DNA of 64,000 nucleotides, taken from positions 184,078,001-184,142,000 of the forward strand of contig OZ038378.1 in assembly GCA_964036045.1 (NCBI GenBank), in the 5' to 3' direction. The notes below the pieces were generated by a model, which worked only from the letters and a program-made list of their open reading frames with translations, did not search any database and was not told where the DNA came from. This DNA comes from Eutreptiella sp. 'Long Island Sound 2002' (lineage: Eukaryota; Protista; Euglenida). This document shows positions 23,497 through 34,879 of this stretch, piece after piece. A program made the translations under genes and the position numbers. Within the stretch, counting starts at the first letter, position 1. Each line of letters opens with the position of its first letter.

Positions 23497-24803
23497 GTGT
23501 GGACGGGGTGCTGCTGGGGGGCGGGTGTCCCTGGACCGCGTGAAATGTGGGTTCTGACCGGCGAGCGGCGGCTGCGTGGGAGGGTGCAGAGCGCGTCCAG
23601 ACGCCCGCCATGGTGTGTGCCAGGGTGTAGTGCCACTTCTGACGTTTGATGTTGGAGGGGCCCATGTGGTCTGACACTGTTTTTGAACAAACCGATTTCG
23701 TTGGGTTCGCAAGGAAGAGCACCCCCCCCCCCCCATTTCAGACCCCCTCCCCCTAGATCCCCTATCTGTTTTGCAGAACGGCGCGGAAAGGCAGGCCTGG
23801 CCCCAATAACCGAACGGTGCCGGGCCAACCCCATGCCATCGGCGGCCACCCCCTCATCCCTTTTCCGCGCCAACCGTGGTTTTCAACCGTGACTGCCGTC
23901 CGGTCGCAGGGCGGCAACAGTCCACACACACAACCACAGCCGGGAGTGGGACCCTTTTTGAGTCCGACCTGTGTGCTGGGGCCTGGGGTGTCGGGGTGGC
24001 AAGGCTTGCTGTGCTTGCCGTCGCAGAGGTTTTGGCAGTAGCGCAGAGGAGCACGGACAGGGCCATTGGCACAAGCGGAGGCAGGCGCCACAGTGAGGGC
24101 AAGCGACGTGCGGTGGCCAGAGCAGTGGTGCATTGGCGTGGGCCAGACCAATGATGGGAACAGGGTCGGTATGGGCATCGCTATTTTAACATCGGACCCA
24201 CGGGGGCCAGCAGTTTTCAGGGCTTCACAGCAAAGTCCCCAGACTGCCTCCTCGAAACCCGCTCCGATGGAAAGGCGGGCGAGGATCTCAAGGGCCACCG
24301 GACACGCATTGCTCAGCGGCGTCTTGCTGACAAACCACCGCCGGTGAACAGTTGTCCACTCTCTTCGCCGATCCCCTGCACCCTCCCCCAAGCCCTCCCT
24401 CCGCCCCTTCCCTGGGCCCACAGCTGACCCCCCCCTCCCCCCCAAGAGGCCAATAGGCGCCGCCAAAGGCAAACAATCAGATACCGAGGCCTTGTGCCAA
24501 TCCCCCCCCCCCCTCTCGACCTGAGGCCCCCCCTCTCCGGGCCCTCTAGGGCCCAAGATGGTGCTGAAGGGGTGGGTATAGGCCCTGTGAGCCGTCCAGT
24601 ACTCTGCACATTCGACGGCGTCCAACATGCACCTGTGCCTCCCACGTTCCCCATTGTGCAGGATGGCCAGTGGTTGTGTGTGTTTCGAACTCTCCTGCGT
24701 GGGGATTTGAACCTCCGAGGGGACCTCACGTGTGGTGCGCACGGTGCGGCGCACGGTGCGACTGAGGCACCCTGTCAGCATTGGGATCTGGATGTGGATT
24801 CAC

Positions 24804-27796
24804 GTTTCCTGGGGTGGTTGCTGGGCCGCGGGAGGGATATTTTTGGGAGGCATGAGATTGTCCGGGGCGATGCAAACGGGCAGTCTTGTTTTGTCCGGCG
24901 CATGGCCAGCTCGTTCGTGAGGGTGCCTGCGTCGCTTGGGCTTCTCTTATGACCGTGGAAACTCCCTTTGCTTGATTCCATGCTGCCCTGCACGATCATG
25001 GGGCACTTCGAGGTCATGATCCACCTCCAAATCCAAGCTGCCCTGGTGGAGGCCCGAAGGGAAAAGGATGCGGCAGGCGAAAAGGGAGCGGAACATCGCT
25101 GTCAGCAAGGCGACACAGAGGGTGTACGTGTGTGATGTGCGGGTGTCTGCCCTTTTGGGAAGGTATCGTTGCGTGGATGAGCCAACAAAACTGGTCGACA
25201 CCCCGAGACGTCTGACTGTGCACGGTGCACACACTTTTTTTGTTATGGTTAGGTTAGGGACTCGCAATCCACGCTTTGTTGTGTGGCCCCTTGAGTTGGA
25301 GTTAGGGACTCACAATCCACGCTTTGTTGCGTGGCCCCTCGAGTTGGGGTTAGGGACTCACAATCCACGCTTTGTTGTCCGGCCCCTCGAGTTGGGGTTA
25401 GGGACTCGCAATCCACGCTTTTTTGCGTGGCCCCTCAAGTTGGGGTTAGGGACTCACAATCCACGCTTTGATGCGTGGCCCCTCGAGTTGGGGTTAGGGA
25501 CTCACAATCCACGCTTTGTTGCGTGGCCCCTTGAGTTGAGGTTAGGGACTTGCAATCCACGCCTAGCAACCCACTCGAAGGCAAGGTGGCCTCCGCCGAG
25601 CAGAGCGTGGAAAGCCCGGAGGCCATGCCGCAACCTTCCATGGCCACTCCCACAGAGGAGGACACCCGTCCCAAGGTCCTCATCCGTGGAGAGTGGCGCA
25701 AGGTGCCGGATGGCTACCCAACAGATGCATCTGGCCAGTTGGAGCGTGACCAACTTTTCATCAATGACCTGTCCAAGCAGCTAGTAGCAGAATTGCGCGC
25801 CACTTGTCAGTTTAAACCCAATTTTGGTGCAAAGCCCAAGTCCAGCGACACAAAAACGGACTTGATCTACAAGCGTGCATTCTGCAACTACTTGTAGCGG
25901 TTGCATGTTTTGTGGGCTGTATTTTCCTCCGCCCGTTTGGTGTACCAATGGTGGAGTGTATAAGATTGCTATTATATTGGCCCCATACCAATGCCTTGGT
26001 GGCCTATAATGGTGGCACTAGCGTTGGCCATAGCCCTGTTAGGACTCTTTTCTTTTTCTTGAGCCTGGTTTTGTTTCCAGTGCTGGCACACTGGATATTG
26101 GCCATGGCCCTGTCAGAACTCTTTTTCTTGAGCCTGATTTTGTGTCTCGTGCCCATGGCACCCTGTGAAACTATGTTATATTGGCCCCACACCAATGCCT
26201 TGGTGGCCTATAATGGTGGCACTGGCGTTGGCCATGGCTTTGTCTGGCCCTGGCTCCTTTTCTTGAGCCTAATTTTGTTCCCAGTGCTGGCACAATGGAT
26301 GTTGGCCGTGGCCTTGTTAGGACTCTTTTCTTGGGCCTGATTTTGAGTCCAGTGCCAACGACACCATGTGAAGCTATGTTATAATTATGTTATGTTATGT
26401 TATGTTATGGCCGAGTCCCAACTAATTGGTGGCCACACAGAGTACTATGTGCTTTGTGGACTCGGCGTCCCATCGTTAAGGTCGCTATGGGGTGCCGTAC
26501 GGAACTGGCAGCTGTACATATTGCGCATGTATTGCAAAGGTTGCATTTCTTTCAATTTTTCAATTTTTTTAAAAATAATTTGCACGCTTTACCGCAAAAA
26601 AAAATTGCACGCCCTTACCGCAAAAAAAAAACAATTTTTGTTTATAATTCACACGACTTACCGCAAAAAAAAATTACACGCATTTACCGCAAACAAAAAA
26701 TTACACGACTAGACGATTTTTTTGTACACGACTTACATTTTTCACTCCTTCTTGTCTGCTTAGGATGTCAGTGTGTCAGTGCTGCGGCTGTCCTTCTCCT
26801 GTGCAGTCTTGTCTACCCGCTTGGTTTTGGTGGTGGTGGTGCTGCTGCTGCTGTCTCGCTCCTCCAGGAAAACGTGATCTCGAACCTCATGAAGCGCTGC
26901 CAGTTGCTGGATATTGCAGGTGTAGCACCTCCTTCTCCTCTGGTTGTACAGAGCAAAAAATGCTGAGGCTCATTAATTCAGAGGGCTGATCGCCATTTTG
27001 TCCACTGCAACAAAAAAAAGGTCAAATGGTCGCAAAAGAGTTATTTCTGGGCCGTGGGTGTGTGTGTGTGTGTGTGTGCGTGCGCGCGCGTGCATGCGTG
27101 CGTGCGTGCGTGCGTGCATGTGTGTCCCTGCCCTACCCCCCAAACGCCATCACCGTGGAGGTTTGAATCGTTGAGGTCACACGCACTCGTGGCATCATGC
27201 ATACATGGCCCAGCTTGCCGAGTGCCGCTGGTTTCGGTTGCATGCACAGCATTAGCCAGTGCCTCTCCTGTCATCACCTACACAAACCCAAGCAGCCTGC
27301 GCTGCCAGAGTGGCAGTGCAGTGGCCTGTTTGCTTGCTTCAGGCAACCGAGGACATAGACTGCGGCCGCCTGTCTGGTTCTACAGAAAGGTGCATATTTG
27401 CCGATGGTAACTTTTCTTCAATAACTGTCAGCGGCCTGACCAGATTCTTCTGACGACCAGTGCCTTCCCTGCTTTTGCCTGTGTTGGGATTTGGTCGCTT
27501 TGCGTCATCTACGTGTGTGTGTGTGTGTGTGTATGTGTGTGCGTGCGTGTGTGTGTGTGTGTATGTGTGTGCGTGTGTGTGTGCAAGAGTGCATAGGCAA
27601 GAAACGTACGTATGAATGATTTCGTCGGGGCTGGGCGGTGCTGAGGGCTGGGCGGCAGGGCCTTCTTTCCCCACGTATCCGGGCCTGGACTGTGTGCCCA
27701 TGCATTTTGTCTTTGCCTGCAGGCCTCTGGTCCAGCGACGCTGCCAGAGGCTGTACCGGATTTCTGGGGGATACAGGATGTTACCCTCTTGCCTGC
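24804..27796 (-). CDS. Antisense gene, exon cluster B (27796-27610, 27508-27348, 27277-27183, 27004-26929, 25042-24954, 24926-24804); low-complexity S/P/T/G-rich product
   Basis: Six GT-AG exons with matching phases (0/1, 1/0, 0/2, 2/0, 0/2, 2/2) and an open joined frame; strong acceptors ccttttttttgttgcag (27005) and ccttttcccttcgggcctccaccag (25043); some introns filled with (CA)n. Confidence 0.5.
25246..25575 (+). repeat. 48-bp minisatellite, ~7 copies, TTAGGG in nearly every unit
   Basis: Unit gggttagggactcacaatccacgctttgttgcgtggcccctcgagttg; related 41-bp unit at 49220-49410. Confidence 0.92.
25628..25897 (+). CDS. Short intronless ORF with a SAP/HeH-like motif
   Basis: LSKQLVAELRATCQ..GAKPKSSDTKTDLI resembles the SAP consensus L..L.V.EL...L...G....G.K..LI; inside tilS intron, next to the minisatellite. 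Confidence 0.3.
   Translation, partial: PQPSMATPTEEDTRPKVLIRGEWRKVPDGYPTDASGQLERDQLFINDLSKQLVAELRATCQFKPNFGAKPKSSDTKTDLIYKRAFCNYL
25970..26390 (+). repeat. ~205-bp tandem duplication
   Basis: tatattggcccca.accaatgccttggtggcctataatggtggcact at 25973 and 26178. Confidence 0.85.
26575..26720 (+). repeat. A-rich subterminal-type repeats (cacg..ttaccgcaaaaaaaa) x4
   Basis: Directly visible. Confidence 0.65.
26868..26919 (+). CDS. tilS: DUF924-TilS fusion gene, exon
   Basis: ctccag|ENVISNLMKRCQLLDIA(G)|gtgtag; 52 nt, phase 0/1; completes the D..EN/ET motif. Confidence 0.88.
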
Positions 27797-27913
27797 CTGT
27801 CACGCTGCAGAAGGGCACCTATTGGCATTGAACATGCTTTGTCTTGTTTGACTGTCCAACTGACGAGAATTGAGCTCTTAAGGCCTTTGTAAGTGCCTGT
27901 TTGTCGCGTCCTA

Positions 27914-27944
<31 letters not shown>

Positions 27945-28131
27945 GTGTGTGTGTGTGTGGGTGGGTGGGTGTGGGTGTTCTGCAAATTGCTGTGCACGTG
28001 ATATCAGGGGTGTCACGTTCGTGTGTGATATGTATTTATTTGTTTTGAGCGTATTCGTGGGCATTGTCGCAGGCGTGCTCGCGTGCTTTTTGGGAGCGCA
28101 ATGCAGGTGTTGCTGATGCTTCGTACTGTAG

Positions 28132-28307
28132 GTATGGGCGAAGAGGGTGTTAGCGAAGACGTGCCCGTGTGGCGCCCGCTGCTGCCGCACACGAAGGACG
28201 AGATCTTTCAGTTTGCCCACAAGTTCGGCGTGCCCTATTTCAAGGACACAACGCCCGCGTGGAGCACCCGAGGGCACATGCGGAACCAGTTGATGCCTTT
28301 GCTCAAG
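28132..28307 (+). CDS. tilS: DUF924-TilS fusion gene, exon
   Basis: tgtag|(G)MGEEGVSEDVPVWRPLLPHTKDEIFQFAHKFGVPYFKDTTPAWSTRGHMRNQLMPLLK|gtttgg; TilS RPLL..K..I and D.T...TR..R motifs. Confidence 0.93.
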
Positions 28308-29592
28308 GTTTGGGCACGTCATACGGAGAGCGAACGGGCGGTGGCATGCAGACCCCCCCAACCCCCCCCCCCCCCTCAGACAATAAGCACGGCAATGGCG
28401 AGGAATCCCCTTTGGGCACGAGTCAGTCGGATCGGACCCCTTGGGGACTCCCTTGCAACATCCATATCTTTTCCAATGAAAGTAACCCCCAATGAGTTTT
28501 GGCCGGAACCCCCCCTTGGAGCCCCCACCTCAACCCACTTTTGAGGGGCGGGGGGTGTGCAAAAAAAAAAAAGAAGAAGAACCCCCTTTTTTGTGGCTTG
28601 AAAGTTGCGAACATTTTGGAGTGTTTTGCGATTTTGGGACCAAGGACGCTCCGGTCCCGAGTCTGTGGGATTTGCCCAGGCCGTGTGGATGTGCGCCAGA
28701 TGATGCAGCTATTGTTGAGAGAATTCCTAAAAACGTTTTTGTGGATGTTGTGGCAGCCTACCCCTGGTAGGATGGTGTTCCCAGTAGGAACATGTGAAGC
28801 ATTTTGACCACTTTGGGCGTTGTATGGGTTTGGTATCTTGTGTTGGTGGAGGTTGCACTCATACATTGCCCAGAAGTTCACACGCCCCTTGTAGAGACTT
28901 ACCTCCCCCCCCCCTCCCCCCCTTTGTGCAAGCACCGTCTTGTGCGGTCGCCACTACCCGGTGAAACCATCAATTTTGTGCCTCGGGCAGTGCCTGAGCG
29001 AGAAGGGGGAGGGGTAGTTTTACCTTTTCAACACAGCCCCATTTACCAACCTCTGTATGAAAACCACCTGACAAACGACCATTTACCAACTCTTGCACTC
29101 ATGAAGCATTATCATCCCCCGTATTCACTCCCAGAACCGACACAAACCGCTGCTGCTCAGTCCATCCCAGCAGTCCCATTCCTGCACCCTGCCGGAGGTC
29201 CCCATGCATTGACCCGACTTAATTGCTCAAATGGCCTGTTTTCATGCTCTTTTGGAGCTTTGGAGAGCCAAAACGTCACCAAAAACATAGTGCGTGCATG
29301 GTGGCCCTTCTCTACGGTCTTCTGCGGACCAGCCCCGGCAACCACTACCACTGCGTTCAACAAACACTTCATGTTGGACCGTATTTTCCAAGGATTTCGC
29401 TGGACACAGGGGGGCGGGCGTCAGCACCCTGTTTGCGCTGGTTTTCCCGTGCCATCGCCCCGGCAGTGGTCCTGATCTAAACTGGATGGGGCCTGGGACT
29501 CCAGAGATACTCAGAGTCCAGTTGACAGTGCCAGAGCCTCACGGCCCCAGAGCTCCGACCTGACTGCCCCAAATGGGACTCATGGGCATTAC

Positions 29593-30150
29593 CGTCCTCT
29601 TAGTGGGGCTGTGCACCTGTCCAGAATGCTTTTGGGTCGTGTCAGCCACGGCGCTGGGGAAGAGGCTTGGAGTTAGAGGGTGCTACAAATACAGGGCACA
29701 TTTTTTCCATGCCTTGTTGGCTTCATGGTGAGAGTGGAACGGTGAGCAGTCCTTTGATATGATTGTGTTGGCGGAGGTGCCCTGCATGTGCACGAGGACT
29801 CCCCGGTTGTGGTTCGGGGGGGGGGGGGGGTGCGAAGTGTTCCACTGCGCACTGGGCTCGTTTACACCTGAGCACCCACACTGGAGGAAACCACCGGTGC
29901 TTTGTTGCTGGGGGATCCAAAAGTGTGATGCATTGTTCTGCAGTCATTTTTCAACGGGGTGGGTGCCGATAGTGGTCAAACCATTTCAGATCGTGGGAAA
30001 AGGGCATTTACCAACAGCCAAATACTTGCCATAATGTGAGGCAGAACACTGCATTCTCCACGTCAGCCGTATGTCCAGCCACATGTCCAGGCAAAATGAT
30101 GTTCGGATGTTCAACAGTATGTCCCAACTGGATGTGACGCATTGCCGGCG
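29593..30150 (-). CDS. Antisense gene, candidate exons 30150-30026 and 29682-29593
   Basis: catgccag|PAMRHIQLGHTVEHPNIILPGHVAGHTADVENAVFCLTLWQ|gtattt and atttgtag|HPLTPSLFPSAVADTTQKHSGQVHSPTKRT|gtaatg; phases join each other and 27796. Confidence 0.42.
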
Positions 30151-30873
30151 CTGGCATGGGAGGGACCCAGGGGCAGAAGCAGCACTTGTGAGCAGAGGGA
30201 AAACTATCCCGCTTTTACCCACTGAAAACACTCACCCACTTTACGCAAGCAGTGTCCACGATTCTTTCCTGAAGACCCCAACCAGGGCATACACCCGGAA
30301 GTAACAGGAGGCACATTTGCGGAGCATTTATGGCAAAAGGGGGGAAGGGGGGATATGCGTGGAGGCGAGGCCGCTATGCACAAGTCGGCGCAAAAGGAAA
30401 CAATTTCAGGCGTAAGTCGCTTTTTTAAGGGGGTGTAGATTGCGTGCACTTTTTTTTTGGCGTAAGTTGTGTGTGGGGAAAAAAAAGTGGAAAATGCTAT
30501 GGGCACGCAACCTACGCCAAAAAGTACGCAGTTTACGCTTTTTCCCGCATTTGACCTACGCTTTCCTCAAGCAAACACACCTTTACATCTGTAGTAAAGA
30601 CTGTAGAGAGGTTGGTGGGTTGCCGCCAGGGCTGTGCACACTTGGCACAGAGCAAACGAAATGGAGTATGTGGATGGTTAGCGTCTGGTTGGCAGACCGA
30701 CGCAGCCTGCAAAGAGTGACAGAAATGCTTGGTTTCACTTGGACAACTTCGACGAACAGTGTTTTGATTGATAGTGAAGGGAATGCAGTGGTCCAAGTAT
30801 TGAGGTTGGGGAGACCCCTGCCCCCGAACCCCCAACCCCCAACGCCTCCATCCCCCCGGCTCCATCGCTGCAG

Positions 30874-31136
30874 GAAATGTATGGCGTCGGGTATCTGCAA
30901 AATCTGAGCACTTTGGCCGAGCACTCGCAGCAGGTCTCTGTCCTTGTGCACGACCGCATCCTTCAGCCGTTCTGGGATGCCATTCGTATCGGTGGACTGG
31001 CCGTGTGGTTTGATTGTCGGGCGTACATGGACATGCCGATTGTCTTCTGGCGGGAGGGTCTGAAGCACGTTTGCCACGATCTCTTGGGGATTGGGCTGAT
31101 CTCTGAGGACCCCATTCGGGACCAGCTGATGATGCG
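30874..31136 (+). CDS. tilS: DUF924-TilS fusion gene, exon
   Basis: ctgcag|EMYGVGYLQNLSTLAEHSQQ...FWREGLKHVCHDLLGIGLISEDPIRDQLMM(R)|gtgtgc; phase 0/2. Confidence 0.85.
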
Positions 31137-32283
31137 GTGTGCGTGCCCTGACACTTGCTTGTGCGCCGCGGTGATGCAACAGGCCCCGCCCGTCACTCTG
31201 ATGTGAGTCGCAGTACGTCAGGTGCGATGTGCCAGTCGACGAAGATGGCGGTGGGCGGTTGCAGCAGGTGCTACGATTTGGCTGCTCCGGTTGATACTCG
31301 CGATTGCATGCCAGATGCATGGAGCAGCCGAGGGCGGTGAATCAGCATTTCTTTACAGTTGGTAATGGTACCCTGTTCATTAGAACCCGTGCTATTTTGC
31401 ACTTTTGATACGAATCTGCGGAGAGTAGTTCATGCCTTTGGTGTGCCATACCGTGCGTTGGTTTCCAGGAACAATGTGAGAGACATGGTCCCATACCAAT
31501 GTCAATCGGCTTTACCTGTACATGGGCTATGGCTGGTCAATAATTTGCCAGCCCAAGGGGGTACATTTCAGGTTTACGCATTGTGAAGTCTTCGTTTTGT
31601 TCAACAAAGGGGTCCACCAATACGTTTTGGGTCGGGACCCCCCAAACTCCACGAGCCGAAACCCCGTTTTCCAGGTGGGATGTGGGGGAAGTGGAGGGGG
31701 TAGACGGCCACTATGTGTACATCTGACTCAGGCGCAGGAGAAATTGGTTGTTCTATGAGGCCCCTATCTCCAGACACCCACCTAAAGAAGGGAGTTGGGG
31801 TTGGCAGTTGTTAGGAATGCGATTTTTAGGCGACCAATAGTCACCTTTGGTGGCCTTCTTGGGTGGCATTGGGCCAGGCTTGGGTCGTCGTTTGGCGACA
31901 ATGAGAGTATATGCAAACCCATGGGGAGCCAATTAGCCTCCCTGTTGTGGTGCCCATTAGCTGGTTTGAGGGTAACAACAGTACCCCCAAGCTCGGGATC
32001 CCTGATCTTCCGAACAGAGGTCTATTTTTAGGGCTGAGAGCGAGCGGGCGGGGGCAGACGAAACTGCGTGAGCTTATTGTCCACACGATGCATTACAAAT
32101 CGGGCTGCCATTCAACTTATTTCTTTTGTGTTTACTCCTTCAGCCAATGTGTGGGTCCCAGCTCCAACCTCTGAGCACAGCCAATGCGCCCCCTTCTGGA
32201 GCCGCACCGATCGGTTGGCTAGCAAATCGCAATTGTTTGGGTGCCCCTGAAAACGTCTTGGAGGCTTTGGGCCAGAGTTGGGT

Positions 32284-33021
32284 CTACAAACCGGTGCAGA
32301 GGCACCTATTAATTTCCATGTGTCTACAGGACTTTTTGGGGTCTATATCAGCCCATTTGTCTAGGTTCAGGCAAAACGTAGGCCTGATCCCACATCCTAG
32401 CAATTCTCTGCAAGGTGAATGTGCTGAAGACAGTAGAATCTCCATCTGTGGGCCACCCTCGATGACCCCTTGGCGGCCTTGGGGTGGGGTGGGGTCATCA
32501 TTTGGTGGAATCCAAACCCATGGGGAGCCACATATCGCCCAGTAGTCCCGCCTACTAGTGTCCACAGGCACCTTAAACTCTGCGTGAGATAGCCACACAC
32601 GAGCCATTTTTATTGAAAACAGTGCCGGGCTGGCTTTCAGTGGCCTCACTGACCCTGTGGCAGCCGAAAGAGGTTGGGCCGGTGATGTGACAATACCATG
32701 GTAGCCATGGTAGGATGCCGAAGGACGCCACCTGGGGCCAGGCGTGACGTTTTCAAAGGCAGTTTTCAGCAGAATGCCCAACCTTATAGAATATGTCTTT
32801 TGATAATGTGAGCACTCTTGAGAATCACAAGGGCAAAGCCTGTTTTGTCCTCTTTTGTGTGGTTTGGGCAGACTTGCTCCCTTGGGCAGAGGGTCCAGTA
32901 AGGGACACTGGGTTTTGGACCCAGCACCTCCGTTTTTAGCCTCAGAGTTTTTTGAACCAAAATGGAGGTTTTTGATATCGTGGCCACCAACAATGATCAG
33001 CAATGACAACAACAACAGCAA
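32284..33021 (-). CDS. 245-codon low-complexity open frame, possibly further antisense-gene exon(s)
   Basis: Long open frame inside a tilS intron; splice boundaries not resolved. Confidence 0.22.
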   Translation of the reverse strand: MLLLLSLLIIVGGHDIKNLHFGSKNSEAKNGGAGSKTQCPLLDPLPKGASLPKPHKRGQNRLCPCDSQECSHYQKTYSIRLGILLKTAFENVTPGPRWRPSASYHGYHGIVTSPAQPLSAATGSVRPLKASPALFSIKMARVWLSHAEFKVPVDTSRRDYWAICGSPWVWIPPNDDPTPPQGRQGVIEGGPQMEILLSSAHSPCRELLGCGIRPTFCLNLDKWADIDPKKSCRHMEINRCLCTGL

Positions 33022-33689
33022 TCAAGCTTGTTTTGCCTCCCTTCTGCTTGGTGTCCACGCGTTTTGGCTGCAGGAAGTGGGGGGCATTAGTATTTTGATT
33101 TCAGAGATCAACCTTTTTAACATGGTTTTCCTAACTGTCGGACCACCAACATGATCATATAACACTTGTAGACTTGTTTTAGACCCAATTTGCGTGCCGT
33201 CCACCCATTTTGGCTGCCTGCAGTTGGGGCCAGGGGGCATTGGGATCCTGGACACGCATAGGTTCATAGGTTTGGGGTGGTCAACAATCGAATTATCCCG
33301 AATCAAGATTTGATTTTTGCACCGGCTGATCATTGCAAACCCACGGGCGGGGTCTCTTTGAGGTGCGTTGTCAAAGCCCATAGAATTTGGTGCTCACCAT
33401 TCGCAGGAATTGTGCAGAACCGTGTCGGGTACATGTGGGCGCTTTGCGCCTCATGCCGATTTTCTGCCCTGGCCCATTTGATCTTTCGGACCCAGTCAAT
33501 TAGGCAGTGTTCACAATGTTCAATGTGACCGTTCCTGCGTGGACATGTGCAGTATTGCTCCACAGGACGCCTTTCATGCGTGTAGTTGCAAAGGATCTTA
33601 CCTGCAAAGGTCCTGGGCCTTCCACTTCTTCTCCCAGGCCTTTGGTTGCACAGCAGATGCACCCCCTTCCCTTTCACCCACCCTCCCTC

Positions 33690-33727
33690 CCTTACGACTC
33701 CTCCCTCCCTCCCTCTTTCCTGTGCTT

Positions 33728-33770
<43 letters not shown>

Positions 33771-33840
33771 CTCTCTCTCTCTCTCTCTCTCTCTTTGTCA
33801 GCCCCCCCCCCCCCCCCGCTCTCTCTTTCTCTCTCTTTCG
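33690..33840 (+). repeat. (CT)n microsatellite with a poly-C tract
   Basis: Directly visible. Confidence 0.9.
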
Positions 33841-34145
33841 TCGCTGCGCTATATACACTCAGCCCACACAACAAATGGGTAGAGACGGGATGCGCCCCAT
33901 GTAGACCACTTTATTGCATATTCCCCCGTGCCTTTTTTTCCTGGGGGGGGGGTGTTGGCACAAGGCCTCGGTATCGGGGGGGGGGGGTTGTAATTCTGGT
34001 CCCAAAGCACATTGTTTGACCTCTGACCTTTCGGTCCCTCCTTAAAAGTCTGAAAGTCCCACCGGTGTGGCTTGGGTTGGGGGTTGGGGTGTCTGGCCCG
34101 CGGCCCCGTAAAATGGGCTGTGCTATCTTTGCATTTCTAATTCAG

Positions 34146-34317
34146 GCTGAGGCTGGCGTTGGCACCCGATGGCAACGGCAAGAGCGGGTTTGTGGAGCTG
34201 AAGAAAGGGCACCGATTTTATCTCCACGGCACAACGCTTGCGTTCCTGCGCGCGGGTTTCTTCCCCAAGACTCCGTATTATACTCCGGGTGAAGAGGTGA
34301 CTGCGGCCACGCCGGAG
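34146..34317 (+). CDS. tilS: DUF924-TilS fusion gene, exon
   Basis: aattcag|LRLALAPDGNGKSGFVELKKGHRFYLHGTTLAFLRAGFFPKTPYYTPGEEVTAATPE|gtatgc; phase 2/0. Confidence 0.8.
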
Positions 34318-34879
34318 GTATGCGGTCTAAAACAGTGGCGTTGCATGTGGCAGAAGAGTCCCTTTGGGGGCCTATTGTTGTTGGGAAGGCCGGTTTGGAG
34401 GTTGGCAGTGGGCAGATGTCTATCCAATGGCGGCTCAGACGGCTCCGCTGCGCGGGGCTGTCGGGCCCCTTTGGGGGTACCACGACTCGTATTAGAGGCC
34501 AAAACACGAACCCAGAGTGGGGCTGAGCCCTTGGTGACGGGGGTGTACGGGGGCAGGGCACCTGCTCCCCGCCGATGGTTCCCGCGGATGGAGTGACGGG
34601 GCAGTGACGCTTGGGGGCCAAGATGGGGTAAAGGAGGGGGACGGGGTTTTGGAGGTTTCGACTTTGAAGGGGGCGCGGGGCGAGTGATTGGGTGGGTGGG
34701 TGGCACACGGATTGGGGGCCTGCGTCGTCCCAGTCCCCTCCCTGGGGCGCCTCCTCCGAGGCCTGCACGTGCTGATCTGTCCCGCACGGATTACTTGGGC
34801 TTGAGACGCCTCTCCCCAGCGCTGCACTGGGCCCTGCAGAGCTTTTCTGCGATCCTTCACTCCGGACTTCGCGACCAGC

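Noticed and set aside
23762-24781. 339-aa minus-strand ORF
   Set aside because: A mosaic across several unrelated repeats with poly-G frames; not a coherent protein
25246-25575. Possible CRISPR-like array
   Set aside because: Head-to-tail units with no unique spacers, no cas genes, eukaryotic context
25068-25784. 238-aa ORF with LELGLGTHNPRFVAWP repeats
   Set aside because: Open only because the 48-bp minisatellite unit is a multiple of 3
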